This document shows, piece by piece, positions 9,868-18,575 of a DNA stretch of 64,000 nt. The position numbers and the translations under genes are program-made. The notes below the pieces were generated by a model, which was given only the letters and a program-made list of their open reading frames with translations, did not search any database and was not told the DNA's origin. Source of the stretch: an uncultured Phycisphaerales bacterium (lineage in GTDB: Bacteria > Planctomycetota > B15-G4 > CAYZWU01); assembly GCA_964464495.1 (NCBI GenBank), contig CAYXGI010000009.1:42498-106497 (forward strand), written 5' to 3'. Position 1 is the stretch's first letter; each line of letters begins with the position of its first letter.

Positions 9868-10658
9868 GTCGCTCCCCCGAGCAACTCCCTCAGCTTCATG
9901 GCGGGATCGCTCGATTGCAGAAGAGACCCGCCGATGAGGAACGCATCCGCGCCGAGTGCGCCGAGCTCGGCGATCTGGGCCGCATCGTCGATGCCGCTCT
10001 CGACGACGCGCACCACGTCGGCCGGAATCAGGGGAAGGAGGCCGCGCGTCGTATCGAGCGACACCTCGAGTGTGGCGAGGTTGCGGTTGTTGATTCCGAC
10101 GATGTCGGCGCCCGCGTCGAGCGCCTTGTGCAGGTCTTCCCTGTCGTGGCATTCGACGAGGGCCGCCATGCCGAGCGCCCTGATGCGTTGGAGCAGAGAC
10201 TGCAGCTCCCGCGCGCCGAGCAGCCGCGCGATGAGAAGCAAGGCGTCGGCGCCCGCGGCGCGTGCCTCTACAGCCTGGTAGGAGTCGATGACGAACTCCT
10301 TGACCAGCACGGGAAGGGCCGAGATGCAGCGCACCATGTCGACGTCGGCGAGGGACGTTCCGAAGTTCTGCGTGTCGGTCACGATCGAGATCGCTGCCGC
10401 TCCCTCGGCGTCATAGACGGCAGCGAGTTTCTCGGGCGCGCCTCCCTGCCGGAATGCGGACACGCTGGGAGATTTTTTCTTGATCTCGGCGATGATCTTG
10501 CCGCCGCCGCTGATCGCGGCCTTGAAATCACGTGGCGACTCCGACGGGAGCCGCTTCTCGAGCTCCGCTTCGGGCAGATTCCGTTTCTTGCGGGAGAGCT
10601 CCGCTTTCTTTTCCAGAACCACTCCGTCGAGAAAGTCGCCGCTAGGATGCGAGCTCAT
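9864..10658 (-). CDS. trpC: indole-3-glycerol phosphate synthase
   Basis: MSSHPSGDFLDGVVLEKKAEL...IAEIKKKSPS...LLIARLL motifs. ATG 10658..10656; 17-bp overlap with trpD. Confidence 0.85.
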   Translation of the reverse strand: MSSHPSGDFLDGVVLEKKAELSRKKRNLPEAELEKRLPSESPRDFKAAISGGGKIIAEIKKKSPSVSAFRQGGAPEKLAAVYDAEGAAAISIVTDTQNFGTSLADVDMVRCISALPVLVKEFVIDSYQAVEARAAGADALLLIARLLGARELQSLLQRIRALGMAALVECHDREDLHKALDAGADIVGINNRNLATLEVSLDTTRGLLPLIPADVVRVVESGIDDAAQIAELGALGADAFLIGGSLLQSSDPAMKLRELLGGAT

Positions 10659-11661
10659 GAGAGACCTCCCTGAGCGACTGGAGCAGTTTTTTTGCCGCAC
10701 CCGAGTCGATCGCTTCCCGTGCGAGCGCGACCCCTTCGACCGGATCGGGCGCGCGGTCGGCGAGAGCGGCGGCGAATCCGGCGTTGAGCAGGACGGCGTC
10801 GCATCGCGGTCCGCCCTTCCCGTCAACAATGTCGTTGATGTGGCCGGCGTTCTCCTCGGGCGATGCGCCGCTGATCGCCTCGATCGGCGCGCGTTCGAGG
10901 CCCGCCTCCTCGGGGGCGAAGGTGAAGGTGCGCACCCGGCCGTTCTCGAGGGCGCTCACCCTCGTCTCGCTGCTGATCGAGACCTCGTCGGTGCCGTCGA
11001 AGCCGTGGACGATGAATACTTTTTCCGAACCGAGTGTGCGGAGCACTTTGCAGAGGCGTTCGGTCAGATCGGGATGGAAGACACCGGTGAGCTGGCGCTC
11101 GACTCCGGCCGGATTGGTCAGGGGTCCGAGAATGTTGAACACGGTGCGCACGCCGAGTTCCTTGCGGACGGGCGCGGCGTGCTTCATCGCCGGATGCAGG
11201 CTGGGCGCGAAGAGAAAACCGATCCCCACGCGGTCGATCAGAGCGGCGACCTGTTCGGGCTGGAGGGCGATGTTGACGCCGAGCGCCTCGAGTACGTCGG
11301 CGCTGCCGCACTTGGACGAGACGGCGCGGTTGCCATGCTTGGCCACGGGAATCCCCAAGGCGGCGGTGACGAGCGCCGCGGCGGTCGACACGTTGAATGT
11401 GTGGCGCGCGTCGCCCCCCGTGCCGCAGGTGTCGATCATTCCTGTCCGTGCGGGCGTGATGCGGACTGCCTTCCGACGCATGGCGCTCGCGAAACCGGCG
11501 ATCTCGTCGACGGTCTCACCCTTCATGCGCAGCGCCGTGAGGATCGCCGCGATCCGGGTCTCGGACAGGGCGCCGTCCATGATCGATTCCATGAGAGCCA
11601 CGGCCTCGTCGAAGGAGAGGTCCTGTCCGTTGATAAGAGCTTCGATGGTCCGGCTGCTCAT
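10642..11661 (-). CDS. trpD: anthranilate phosphoribosyltransferase
   Basis: MSSRTIEALINGQDLS...GMIDTCGTGGDARHTFNVSTAAALV...HGNRAVSSKCGSADVLE. ATG 11661..11659 overlaps the trpG TGA (ATGA). Confidence 0.9.
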   Translation of the reverse strand: MSSRTIEALINGQDLSFDEAVALMESIMDGALSETRIAAILTALRMKGETVDEIAGFASAMRRKAVRITPARTGMIDTCGTGGDARHTFNVSTAAALVTAALGIPVAKHGNRAVSSKCGSADVLEALGVNIALQPEQVAALIDRVGIGFLFAPSLHPAMKHAAPVRKELGVRTVFNILGPLTNPAGVERQLTGVFHPDLTERLCKVLRTLGSEKVFIVHGFDGTDEVSISSETRVSALENGRVRTFTFAPEEAGLERAPIEAISGASPEENAGHINDIVDGKGGPRCDAVLLNAGFAAALADRAPDPVEGVALAREAIDSGAAKKLLQSLREVSHELAS

Positions 11662-12245
11662 GGCTGCTCCTCGTGCGGCCGGACGGTCTGGAGGTAGTTC
11701 GCCAGCAGGCCCTTCCCCTCGGGGGTCAGGATCGATTCGGGGTGGAACTGCACGCCCTCGATTCTCCGGTCGGCGAGGCGGACTCCCATGATCTCGCCTT
11801 CCGACGTGTACGCCGAAACCTGGAGCGCGTCGGGCAGGTTCTGCTCGTGCACGATGAGCGAGTGGTAGCGCGTGGCGCTGAAGGGATTGGACAGACTGTC
11901 GTAGATCGTCTTGCCGTCGTGATAGATGTTCGACACCTTGCCGTGCATGACGCGATCGGCGCGTTCGATCGTCCCGCCGTAGGCGGCCACGATGCACTGG
12001 TGGCCGAGGCAGACGCCGAGGATCGGTATGGCGCCCGCGAAGTGCTTGATCAGCTCGATCGAAACACCGGCGTCGGCCGGTGTGCCCGGTCCGGGGGAGA
12101 TGACGAGCGACTCGGGTTCGAGCGCCGCGGCTTCGTCGGCCGTGATCCGGTCGTTGCGGAAGACGCGGACCTTTTCGCCCAGCTCGCCCAGGGCCTGAAC
12201 AATGTTGAAGGTGAACGAGTCGTAGTTATCGATGAGGAGATGCAT
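11658..12245 (-). CDS. trpG: anthranilate synthase component II (glutamine amidotransferase)
   Basis: MHLLIDNYDSFTFNIVQ...GVCLGHQ...HPES class-I GATase signature. ATG 12245..12243. Sits 2 bp downstream of the trpE stop. Confidence 0.9.
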   Translation of the reverse strand: MHLLIDNYDSFTFNIVQALGELGEKVRVFRNDRITADEAAALEPESLVISPGPGTPADAGVSIELIKHFAGAIPILGVCLGHQCIVAAYGGTIERADRVMHGKVSNIYHDGKTIYDSLSNPFSATRYHSLIVHEQNLPDALQVSAYTSEGEIMGVRLADRRIEGVQFHPESILTPEGKGLLANYLQTVRPHEEQP

Positions 12246-12247
12246 GA

Positions 12248-13720
12248 TCAAAATCCTTCTTCTGCGATGGAGACGGCCTTGATGATCGCCCTGACCTTGT
12301 CGAGCGTTTCCTTGTACTCGAAGGCGGGGTCGGAGTCGGCCACGATCCCGGCCCCGGCCTGGGCATAATACCGCTTGCCTTTCATGAAGAGCGTGCGGAT
12401 CGTGATGCACATGTCCATGTCTCCCTGCCGGCCGAAGTAGCCCACGGCGCCTCCGTAAGGTCCGCGCTGCTCTTTTTCGAGATCGCCGATGATCTCCATG
12501 GCGCGGATCTTGGGAGCGCCCGTGAGCGTGCCGGCGGGGAAGACGGCGCGGAGCAGGTCGTACATGTCGAGGTCGTTTTGCAGTGAACCCGTGACCTGGG
12601 AGACGATGTGCATCACGTGCGAGTATCTCTCGATATGCATGAGAGATTCTGTTTTGACCGACCCGATCTCACACACGCGCCCGAGATCGTTGCGTCCGAG
12701 GTCGACGAGCATGACGTGCTCGGCGCACTCCTTCTCGTTGCTCAGGAGTTCCTCCTCGAGAGCGAGGTCCTCCGTGGGCGTGTTGCCCCTGGGACGAGTG
12801 CCCGCGATGGGGCAGAGGGTGACGCGCTGCTCGTCGAGCTTGACGAGCACCTCGGGCGAGGAGCCGATGATCTGGTAGTCGTCGAAGTCGATGAAGAACA
12901 TGTAAGGCGAGGGATTGAGAATCCGCAAGGCGCGATAGATCTGGAAGGGCGATGCGCCGGTCTCGCCCCTCAGGCATTGGGAGAGAACTATCTGGAAGGC
13001 GTCGCCGGCAAGGATGTGATCCTTGGCGCGCAGAACGTTGGCGGTGAATTCCTCTTCGGTCACGTTGGAAGCGGGTGACGCGAGCCGCTCGGCGGGCGCC
13101 CCGGTTCCCCCGTTCTGCAGGGGCGAGCGGAATGCGTCGAGAAGAAGATCGATCTGATTTTTCGCCACCGTGTAGGCCTCCTCCGGGTCCTGGTGGTCGG
13201 GCAGGACGAGAATCTCGATCTCGCTCTTCACGTGATCGAACACGGCGAGCGCCCCTGGAAAGAGAAAACGATAGTCGGGCAAGCCGAGCCCTTCGCCCCT
13301 GGAGAGTGGGATGTTCTCGAAGTAACGCACCATGTCGTAGGCGATGTATCCCACGGCGCCCGCGAAGGGACCGGGCAACCGGCCGCCGGCCAGATCCCCG
13401 GAATCGGCCAGTTCGTCGCGCACGGTTGCGAAGGGATCGGCAAGGTCGACCGGCTGTGCGGTGCTCGTCCCGTTCCTTCGAATGGTGACGGTCTCGTTCT
13501 GGAGGCTGATGTCGGCGTAGGGCGCGATCCCGATGAAGGAGTATCTCCCCACCTGGATCCCGCGCTCCACACTCTCGAGGAGAAAAGCCGCCCCCCGGTT
13601 CTTGAGCTTGAGATAAGCGGACACCGGCGTGTCGAGATCCGCGGGAATCGTCTTTCTCAGCGGCACGCGGCGCCCCTGGTCGGCTTTTTTCAGATAGTCG
13701 TCGAGAGATGGGGTCAACAT
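12248..13720 (-). CDS. trpE: anthranilate synthase component I
   Basis: MLTPSLDDYLKKADQGRRVPL... chorismate-binding enzyme over ~490 aa. The start is taken at the internal Met (ATG 13720..13718). The 48-codon upstream extension in the ORF track is the leader region. Confidence 0.9.
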   Translation of the reverse strand: MLTPSLDDYLKKADQGRRVPLRKTIPADLDTPVSAYLKLKNRGAAFLLESVERGIQVGRYSFIGIAPYADISLQNETVTIRRNGTSTAQPVDLADPFATVRDELADSGDLAGGRLPGPFAGAVGYIAYDMVRYFENIPLSRGEGLGLPDYRFLFPGALAVFDHVKSEIEILVLPDHQDPEEAYTVAKNQIDLLLDAFRSPLQNGGTGAPAERLASPASNVTEEEFTANVLRAKDHILAGDAFQIVLSQCLRGETGASPFQIYRALRILNPSPYMFFIDFDDYQIIGSSPEVLVKLDEQRVTLCPIAGTRPRGNTPTEDLALEEELLSNEKECAEHVMLVDLGRNDLGRVCEIGSVKTESLMHIERYSHVMHIVSQVTGSLQNDLDMYDLLRAVFPAGTLTGAPKIRAMEIIGDLEKEQRGPYGGAVGYFGRQGDMDMCITIRTLFMKGKRYYAQAGAGIVADSDPAFEYKETLDKVRAIIKAVSIAEEGF

Positions 13721-13861
13721 GGGCGATTCCTTCTTAATGTGGAGGCAAAGCGCGGGCCCGTCGATCGAGCGCAGCGCGGGGTTCTGCCGGCTGCGGGCCC
13801 ATCCTTTCCTTTTCGTCATTCTGCGAGCGAAATGCTCGTCAATCCGTGCAAAAAAGAGGCA

Positions 13862-13896
13862 CAAAAAAAAGACCCGCTGTCAGTCGGACAGCAGGT
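13862..13896 (-). terminator. intrinsic terminator hairpin + U8 in the trpE 5' leader (attenuator terminator)
   Basis: Minus-strand RNA reads GACCUGCUGUCCGACUGACAGCGGGUCUUUUUUUU. It lies ~30 nt after the leader-peptide stop and ~140 nt before the trpE ATG. Confidence 0.6.
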
Positions 13897-13928
13897 CGCG
13901 CGAATTCTGTTTATCTCGATCAACCGAT

Positions 13929-14039
13929 TCAGGTCAGATTTTCGGGAGCGGCTGTCCGTGGGGCAATGGCGTACCATCGCCACCAGCGCCAGCGGAGCGC
14001 CCGAGCAGAATGTAAAACCTCGTTCGGTTTCTGTCTCAT
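13929..14039 (-). CDS. trp operon leader peptide (36 aa, four Trp codons)
   Basis: Minus strand ATG 14039..14037 to TGA 13931..13929. Translation: MRQKPNEVLHSARALRWRWWRWYAIAPRTAAPENLT. There is an in-frame upstream TGA and no earlier ATG. Too short for the ORF track (<60 aa). Confidence 0.6.
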   Translation of the reverse strand: MRQKPNEVLHSARALRWRWWRWYAIAPRTAAPENLT

Positions 14040-14378
14040 GATGACTCGATCGTGACTGAAAAGACGGGGCTCGAAAAACGGTCAAATTGAATCAAAGAAA
14101 ATACATTAAATTGTGAAACTGTCAAGGGGAAAAAGAAAACGCGCTCCATGAGCCTGTCGGAATTGGAAATCGATCATGACTCCGGTTGAAAGGAACGAAG
14201 ACAAATGACTCTCGCAAAGCCGCCAGGGGCGCAAAGGAGGATAAGAGGTGGATTCAGGATTCAGAATCTTCTTGCGGCTGGCTGTACTGGCCGGTTCCCG
14301 ACCCGACAGTTTGCCGTGAAGCATTTTTCAATGAGCTGCTTGGCCTATAGCATCGATTTTCAAATTTTCTCTTTTTCT

Positions 14379-14424
14379 TTGACGTCCCGGAGGTGGGTGG
14401 CGTATAATTCCGAACGAACGTTCG
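14379..14424 (+). promoter_or_regulatory. sigma-70-like promoter (TTGACG-N18-TATAAT) with downstream 10-bp perfect palindrome CGAACGTTCG (putative TetR operator)
   Basis: TTGACG at 14379..14384 and TATAAT at 14403..14408. Palindrome at 14415..14424. All lie immediately upstream of the TetR gene. Confidence 0.5.
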
Positions 14425-14442
14425 ATAATATTATGACCTTTT

Positions 14443-15084
14443 TTGGGCAGAGCCATGATTCCGAAACCGACGCCCCGGAACAGACGCCCCGCAACGGACA
14501 AGAAATTTTCGCGGATTTTCACCGCGGCCGTAAAGGTCTTCTCGAAAACAGGTTTCGAGAAGGCATCGATCAGGATGGTGGCGGCGAAAGCCAAGGTCAG
14601 CCTGGCGGGGATCTACTATCACGTTCACTCGAAAGAGGAGCTTCTCTTTCTGATCCAGTACAAGGCGTTTCACACGATCCTCGAGAATCTCAAAACCACG
14701 CAGGGCGAGTTCGACGAATCCCGGCCTGTGGCGCGCCTTCACGCGATGATCAGGAATCACCTCGATTACTTTCTGAACAACATGGACGACTTGAGGATCT
14801 GCTCGCGCGAGCTCGATATTCTCACCGGCGTTTTCTACAAGAAGGTGGCCGAGGTGCGGCGCGAGTACTTCAAGATGACCCTCGATATGGTCAAGGACGT
14901 TTCCCGCGGGGACGGAAAGGACGCTGCCGTCGACCCGCGCACGGCAACGCTCTGTCTCTTCGGGATGTTGAATTGGGTCTACACCTGGTACGACCCTGGG
15001 AAAGACACTCCCGAAAGCCTGTCGGAACAACTGCTGCGGTTGTATCTTCATGGTGTCCACTCCGGGATCGAAGGGAGAACTTGA
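14443..15084 (+). CDS. TetR/AcrR family transcriptional regulator
   Basis: N-terminal HTH (FSRIFTAAVKVFSKTGFEKASIRMVAAKAKVSLAGIYYHVHSKEELL) plus an all-alpha C-terminal domain. An alternative start lies at M5 (14455). Confidence 0.85.
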   Translation: MGRAMIPKPTPRNRRPATDKKFSRIFTAAVKVFSKTGFEKASIRMVAAKAKVSLAGIYYHVHSKEELLFLIQYKAFHTILENLKTTQGEFDESRPVARLHAMIRNHLDYFLNNMDDLRICSRELDILTGVFYKKVAEVRREYFKMTLDMVKDVSRGDGKDAAVDPRTATLCLFGMLNWVYTWYDPGKDTPESLSEQLLRLYLHGVHSGIEGRT

Positions 15085-15229
15085 TCATCGAGAAATTCAG
15101 CGATCGGGTCGGAAACGATGACGACCTTGACGAACTCTTTTAACGGGCTGTAAACAGAGACAGGTCGATGCTAAAATGAGCCTTCCAGTTTTTGCATCAT
15201 GGACAGGCACACGAGATTGAAGGAGATAC

Positions 15230-16240
15230 TTGATGGCTTCAAAGGAGATTCCAGTCGCTGTCGTCGGCGCGGGTACGGTCGGCTCGATGTTGATCGGCCA
15301 TTTTCTGCGCGCGGGATACGAAGACGTGGCCATAGTCGACATTCCTGAACGCATCGATCAGATCAAGGAGAAGGGCATACGCATCTCCAAGCTGAGAAGC
15401 ATCGACGTCAGGCCGGGCAATCTTTTCGAATCGATCGCGGACCTCAAGGGCCTGCACATTCAGACTCTCTACGTGGCCACGAAATCGACCCACCTGGCCA
15501 TGGTGGCGCCCGAGATCCAGAAGATTCACGCCAACGGAATGAAGGTGATCAGCTTTCAGAACGGGATCGGCACGGAAAATTATCTGGCCCAGTTCGTCGA
15601 TCCGGCGTGCGTGGCGCGGGTGACCGTCAATTTCGCGGGCAATCAGGACGAGGATTCGGGCGATGTGTTCATGAGCTGGTTTCATCCGCCCAATTTCCTC
15701 GGCCCCTATTATGAACAGAATCTGGAGCCCTTCGTACGCATCGCCGAAACACTCACCGAGATCGGTCTCGACACGCGCGCCGTGACGCACAAGGAGATCA
15801 AGAGGCAGGTTTTCTTCAAGACGATTCTGAACGCGGCGCTCAACGCACTCTGCGCCACCACCGGTTTGACAATGTCCGCCGCGATGCGCATGAAGCACAC
15901 ACGCCACCTGGCGCGCGAGCTCCTGCGCGAAGGGCTCAGCGTTGCGGCCCACATGGGCCACTCCTACGGCGAGGATGCGCTTTCACAGTGCATGGATTAC
16001 CTCGACAAGGGCGGCGACCACTACCCGTCGATGTGGTCCGATCTCAAGAAGAACAGGCGCACCGAGATCGATTACATCAACGGCAAGATCGTCAAGATCG
16101 CGCTCATGTTCACCGACCTGTCGGTGGAACTCAACAGGTTCTTCTGTACCATGGTCATGACCGAGGAGATCAAGGCCGGTTCACGCCGCGAGGAGGAGAT
16201 TCCCGACTATCTCGGCTGCGCCATCCGCCATTGCGGTTGA
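15230..16240 (+). CDS. 2-dehydropantoate 2-reductase (ketopantoate reductase, ApbA/PanE family)-like oxidoreductase
   Basis: Rossmann motif VAVVGAGTVGS at the N-terminus and a C-terminal ApbA_C-like region (RTEIDYINGKIV). Confidence 0.75.
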   Translation: MMASKEIPVAVVGAGTVGSMLIGHFLRAGYEDVAIVDIPERIDQIKEKGIRISKLRSIDVRPGNLFESIADLKGLHIQTLYVATKSTHLAMVAPEIQKIHANGMKVISFQNGIGTENYLAQFVDPACVARVTVNFAGNQDEDSGDVFMSWFHPPNFLGPYYEQNLEPFVRIAETLTEIGLDTRAVTHKEIKRQVFFKTILNAALNALCATTGLTMSAAMRMKHTRHLARELLREGLSVAAHMGHSYGEDALSQCMDYLDKGGDHYPSMWSDLKKNRRTEIDYINGKIVKIALMFTDLSVELNRFFCTMVMTEEIKAGSRREEEIPDYLGCAIRHCG

Positions 16241-16280
16241 TCGAAGCACGCAGTCGATCACAAAAAGATGATAAAAAAAA

Positions 16281-16323
16281 CCGGAAACAGCCGCGCCGTG
16301 AAGCGGGCTGTTTCCGGTTTTTT
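16281..16323. terminator. bidirectional intrinsic terminator
   Basis: A8 run, CCGGAAACAGCC...GGCUGUUUCCGG 12-bp perfect stem, then T6. Sits between convergent genes 15230..16240 (+) and 16342..18021 (-). Confidence 0.7.
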
Positions 16324-16341
16324 GATTGCCGGAGTCTCTGA

Positions 16342-18021
16342 TCAGGGTAGTACGGTCACGGTCACGTAGCTCTTGCTGGCCTCTTTTGTGACCCATCCAG
16401 GCGATCCGAAGAGGACCTGGATATGGTTGGTTAAACCGACGAGACCGGACCAGTTGGGCAGATTGACCGTATCGTAGGTCACGCCCGAACCCGGCATGAC
16501 GCTCACGTACATCTGATGGTAGGGGAAAGTGAGATCGAGATAGACAACGCCTGCGGGATAGGACACGCCCTCGGGTACGTCGGCCGCGCAGCGATAGGGG
16601 ATGTAGTTCCAACCCGGTGTGCCGTGGATCTCGAGCACGAAGCTCTGGCCCACGTTCGGCTTGCCGCGCACGATCACATCCTCATCGCCGAGATCGTAGC
16701 AGTAGACGTCGCCGCCATTGCCTGAGATGTTTGCGTGAATCGCCTTCCCGCCCGACACGGTGACCTGCCCGTCGAGGGCGATGTCCACGGCATAAGCCGA
16801 ACCGCGCATGTCGATGCTGCCCACGGGATTGTCGTCGCCCTTTTCGAGAATGTAGACTTCGTGGTTCGCGTTCAACTGGTCGCCCCAGCGGGCGAGCGCA
16901 AAGTACATGCCGTCATGGCTGATCGCCGCGGAGGAACAGACATCCTGGTAGTTTCCGTTGCTGCTCCACGTGGCGTGGGACTCGATGACTCCTCCTCCGG
17001 CCACGTCCATGATGTAGCCCTCGCATTTACCGGAGTACGGAGAGTACTGGGTGACACCAAATCCGAGTGTGGTGCCGTCGTCGGAGAAGTCCATCTCGTC
17101 GGCGTAATTGCCTGAACCTGTGCTGTAGTAAATCGTGTTCACGTAGGTGGAGCCGTTCCACTCGTAGATCTTGACGTTTCCGAATCCGCCGAAAGCGAAC
17201 TTTTCGCCGTTCCCCGAGAGGCAGTGTCCGTCGAAGGATCCGTCCGTCGAGGTGGTAAAGATGATCTGGTTCGATGCGATATCGAAGATGTGTACCGTTG
17301 TGCCGCCGTGGAAATAGAGGGTGGAACCGTCGGCAGACAGGTCGAATCCCCGCAATCCGGTGAGCGCGACTGAGAAACTGTTCGTCACGTTTCCATTTGC
17401 CGGATCGAGGAAGTAGAGGTCTGTCATGTTCGTGTTGTTGTTGGACACGGCCACGGCCACGACCGTGCCGTCCCTGTCCGTGGCGACCTTGGAGCCGGAG
17501 TTGATGGTCGTACCATAGTTCCACGTCCAGAGCGGCGTGCTCGATGAGGAATCGTAGGCGTGGACCCAGGGAATCCGGTTGTAGCTGTCGGGAGATTTTA
17601 CCTGGTACATAGCCACATGGAAGTCACTGTTCGACGCGGACGAACACATGTAGCTTCCGTCTGTGTCGTAGATCGAGGTGTCGGTCCAGATCGGAACAGG
17701 AGGATCGTCGTCGAAGGCGGAGAAGAGTTCAACACGTTCGTTGTTGAGGTAGCAGATCGCGCAGACCTGCGTACCGCGGTTCCCGATCGACACGTTGCTG
17801 GCGATCCAGAAGAGTCCGTTGTCGGGATAGTTCCAGAGCAACCCCGGCGTTGTGTTTCTCGTGACGGTACCCGTTGAGTCGATGCTGTGAGCGCCAAATT
17901 CGGTGACTTCCTCCACACCGGCGGGTGTCACCTTGGTGTACGTCCTGATCGCGCTGTCCTGTGCGAGCAGAAACGTGGGAACAATACAAAAGGCCAGGAT
18001 CCACAGAGCTGCTTTCTTCAT
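16342..18021 (-). CDS. secreted beta-propeller-like repeat protein, function unknown
   Basis: Signal peptide MKKAALWILAFCIVPTFLLAQDSA at an internal Met (ATG 18021). Ser/Thr/Gly/Asp-rich repeats run throughout. The ORF-track start at 18093 was trimmed. Confidence 0.65.
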   Translation of the reverse strand: MKKAALWILAFCIVPTFLLAQDSAIRTYTKVTPAGVEEVTEFGAHSIDSTGTVTRNTTPGLLWNYPDNGLFWIASNVSIGNRGTQVCAICYLNNERVELFSAFDDDPPVPIWTDTSIYDTDGSYMCSSASNSDFHVAMYQVKSPDSYNRIPWVHAYDSSSSTPLWTWNYGTTINSGSKVATDRDGTVVAVAVSNNNTNMTDLYFLDPANGNVTNSFSVALTGLRGFDLSADGSTLYFHGGTTVHIFDIASNQIIFTTSTDGSFDGHCLSGNGEKFAFGGFGNVKIYEWNGSTYVNTIYYSTGSGNYADEMDFSDDGTTLGFGVTQYSPYSGKCEGYIMDVAGGGVIESHATWSSNGNYQDVCSSAAISHDGMYFALARWGDQLNANHEVYILEKGDDNPVGSIDMRGSAYAVDIALDGQVTVSGGKAIHANISGNGGDVYCYDLGDEDVIVRGKPNVGQSFVLEIHGTPGWNYIPYRCAADVPEGVSYPAGVVYLDLTFPYHQMYVSVMPGSGVTYDTVNLPNWSGLVGLTNHIQVLFGSPGWVTKEASKSYVTVTVLP

Positions 18022-18274
18022 GTCAACCTCTCCTAAAAAAAGGAACACGAATTTCCTCCTCATCGTCGGAAGGCGGGAAAAGATCTGAATCATGTTTTTC
18101 GGGTGCTCGATACCAGTGCGGTTCAGTGTTCAGGCTTTCCGCTGAATCGCGCCACTGTGCCAGTCCTTCTATTGGATTAGATTAAACTATTTGAATCGGA
18201 AAGTAAACACCCAACCATAGTGGGTGAAAGGGCCAGGTGCCCCGAAAGAGTTAGACTAGGCAAGTAATGAAAAT

Positions 18275-18303
18275 AGCCGGCGAGGTCTGTCCCCGCCGGC
18301 TTT
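18275..18303 (-). terminator. intrinsic terminator (GCCGGCGG-loop-CCGCCGGC + U-rich), ~270 nt downstream of the 18576 gene stop
   Basis: Minus-strand RNA reads AAAAGCCGGCGGGGACAGACCUCGCCGGCUAUUUUCAUU. The + strand reading also has A-run / stem / UUUU, so it could be bidirectional. Confidence 0.5.
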
Positions 18304-18575
18304 TGTCGACTCTCCGACCTCTCGATGTAACGCTCCTCAGGGCAACACAGACCCTCTATATTCTGTTATGCCCTCCAGCCTGACAAAGATAACCACTTCG
18401 TCTTACCTGAGGAGCGTTGCAGTTTTGTCTGCCTGGCGCGGCCATGCGTATAGAGGAAGGCCTCCATCGTCACAGGCGCCGGCCGGTTCAAAGAATCGAG
18501 AATCCGAAAAGTTGATAATATAATAATATATATTGATATATAAGTAAAGTGAATTCTCGACTCGATCAGAGAATT

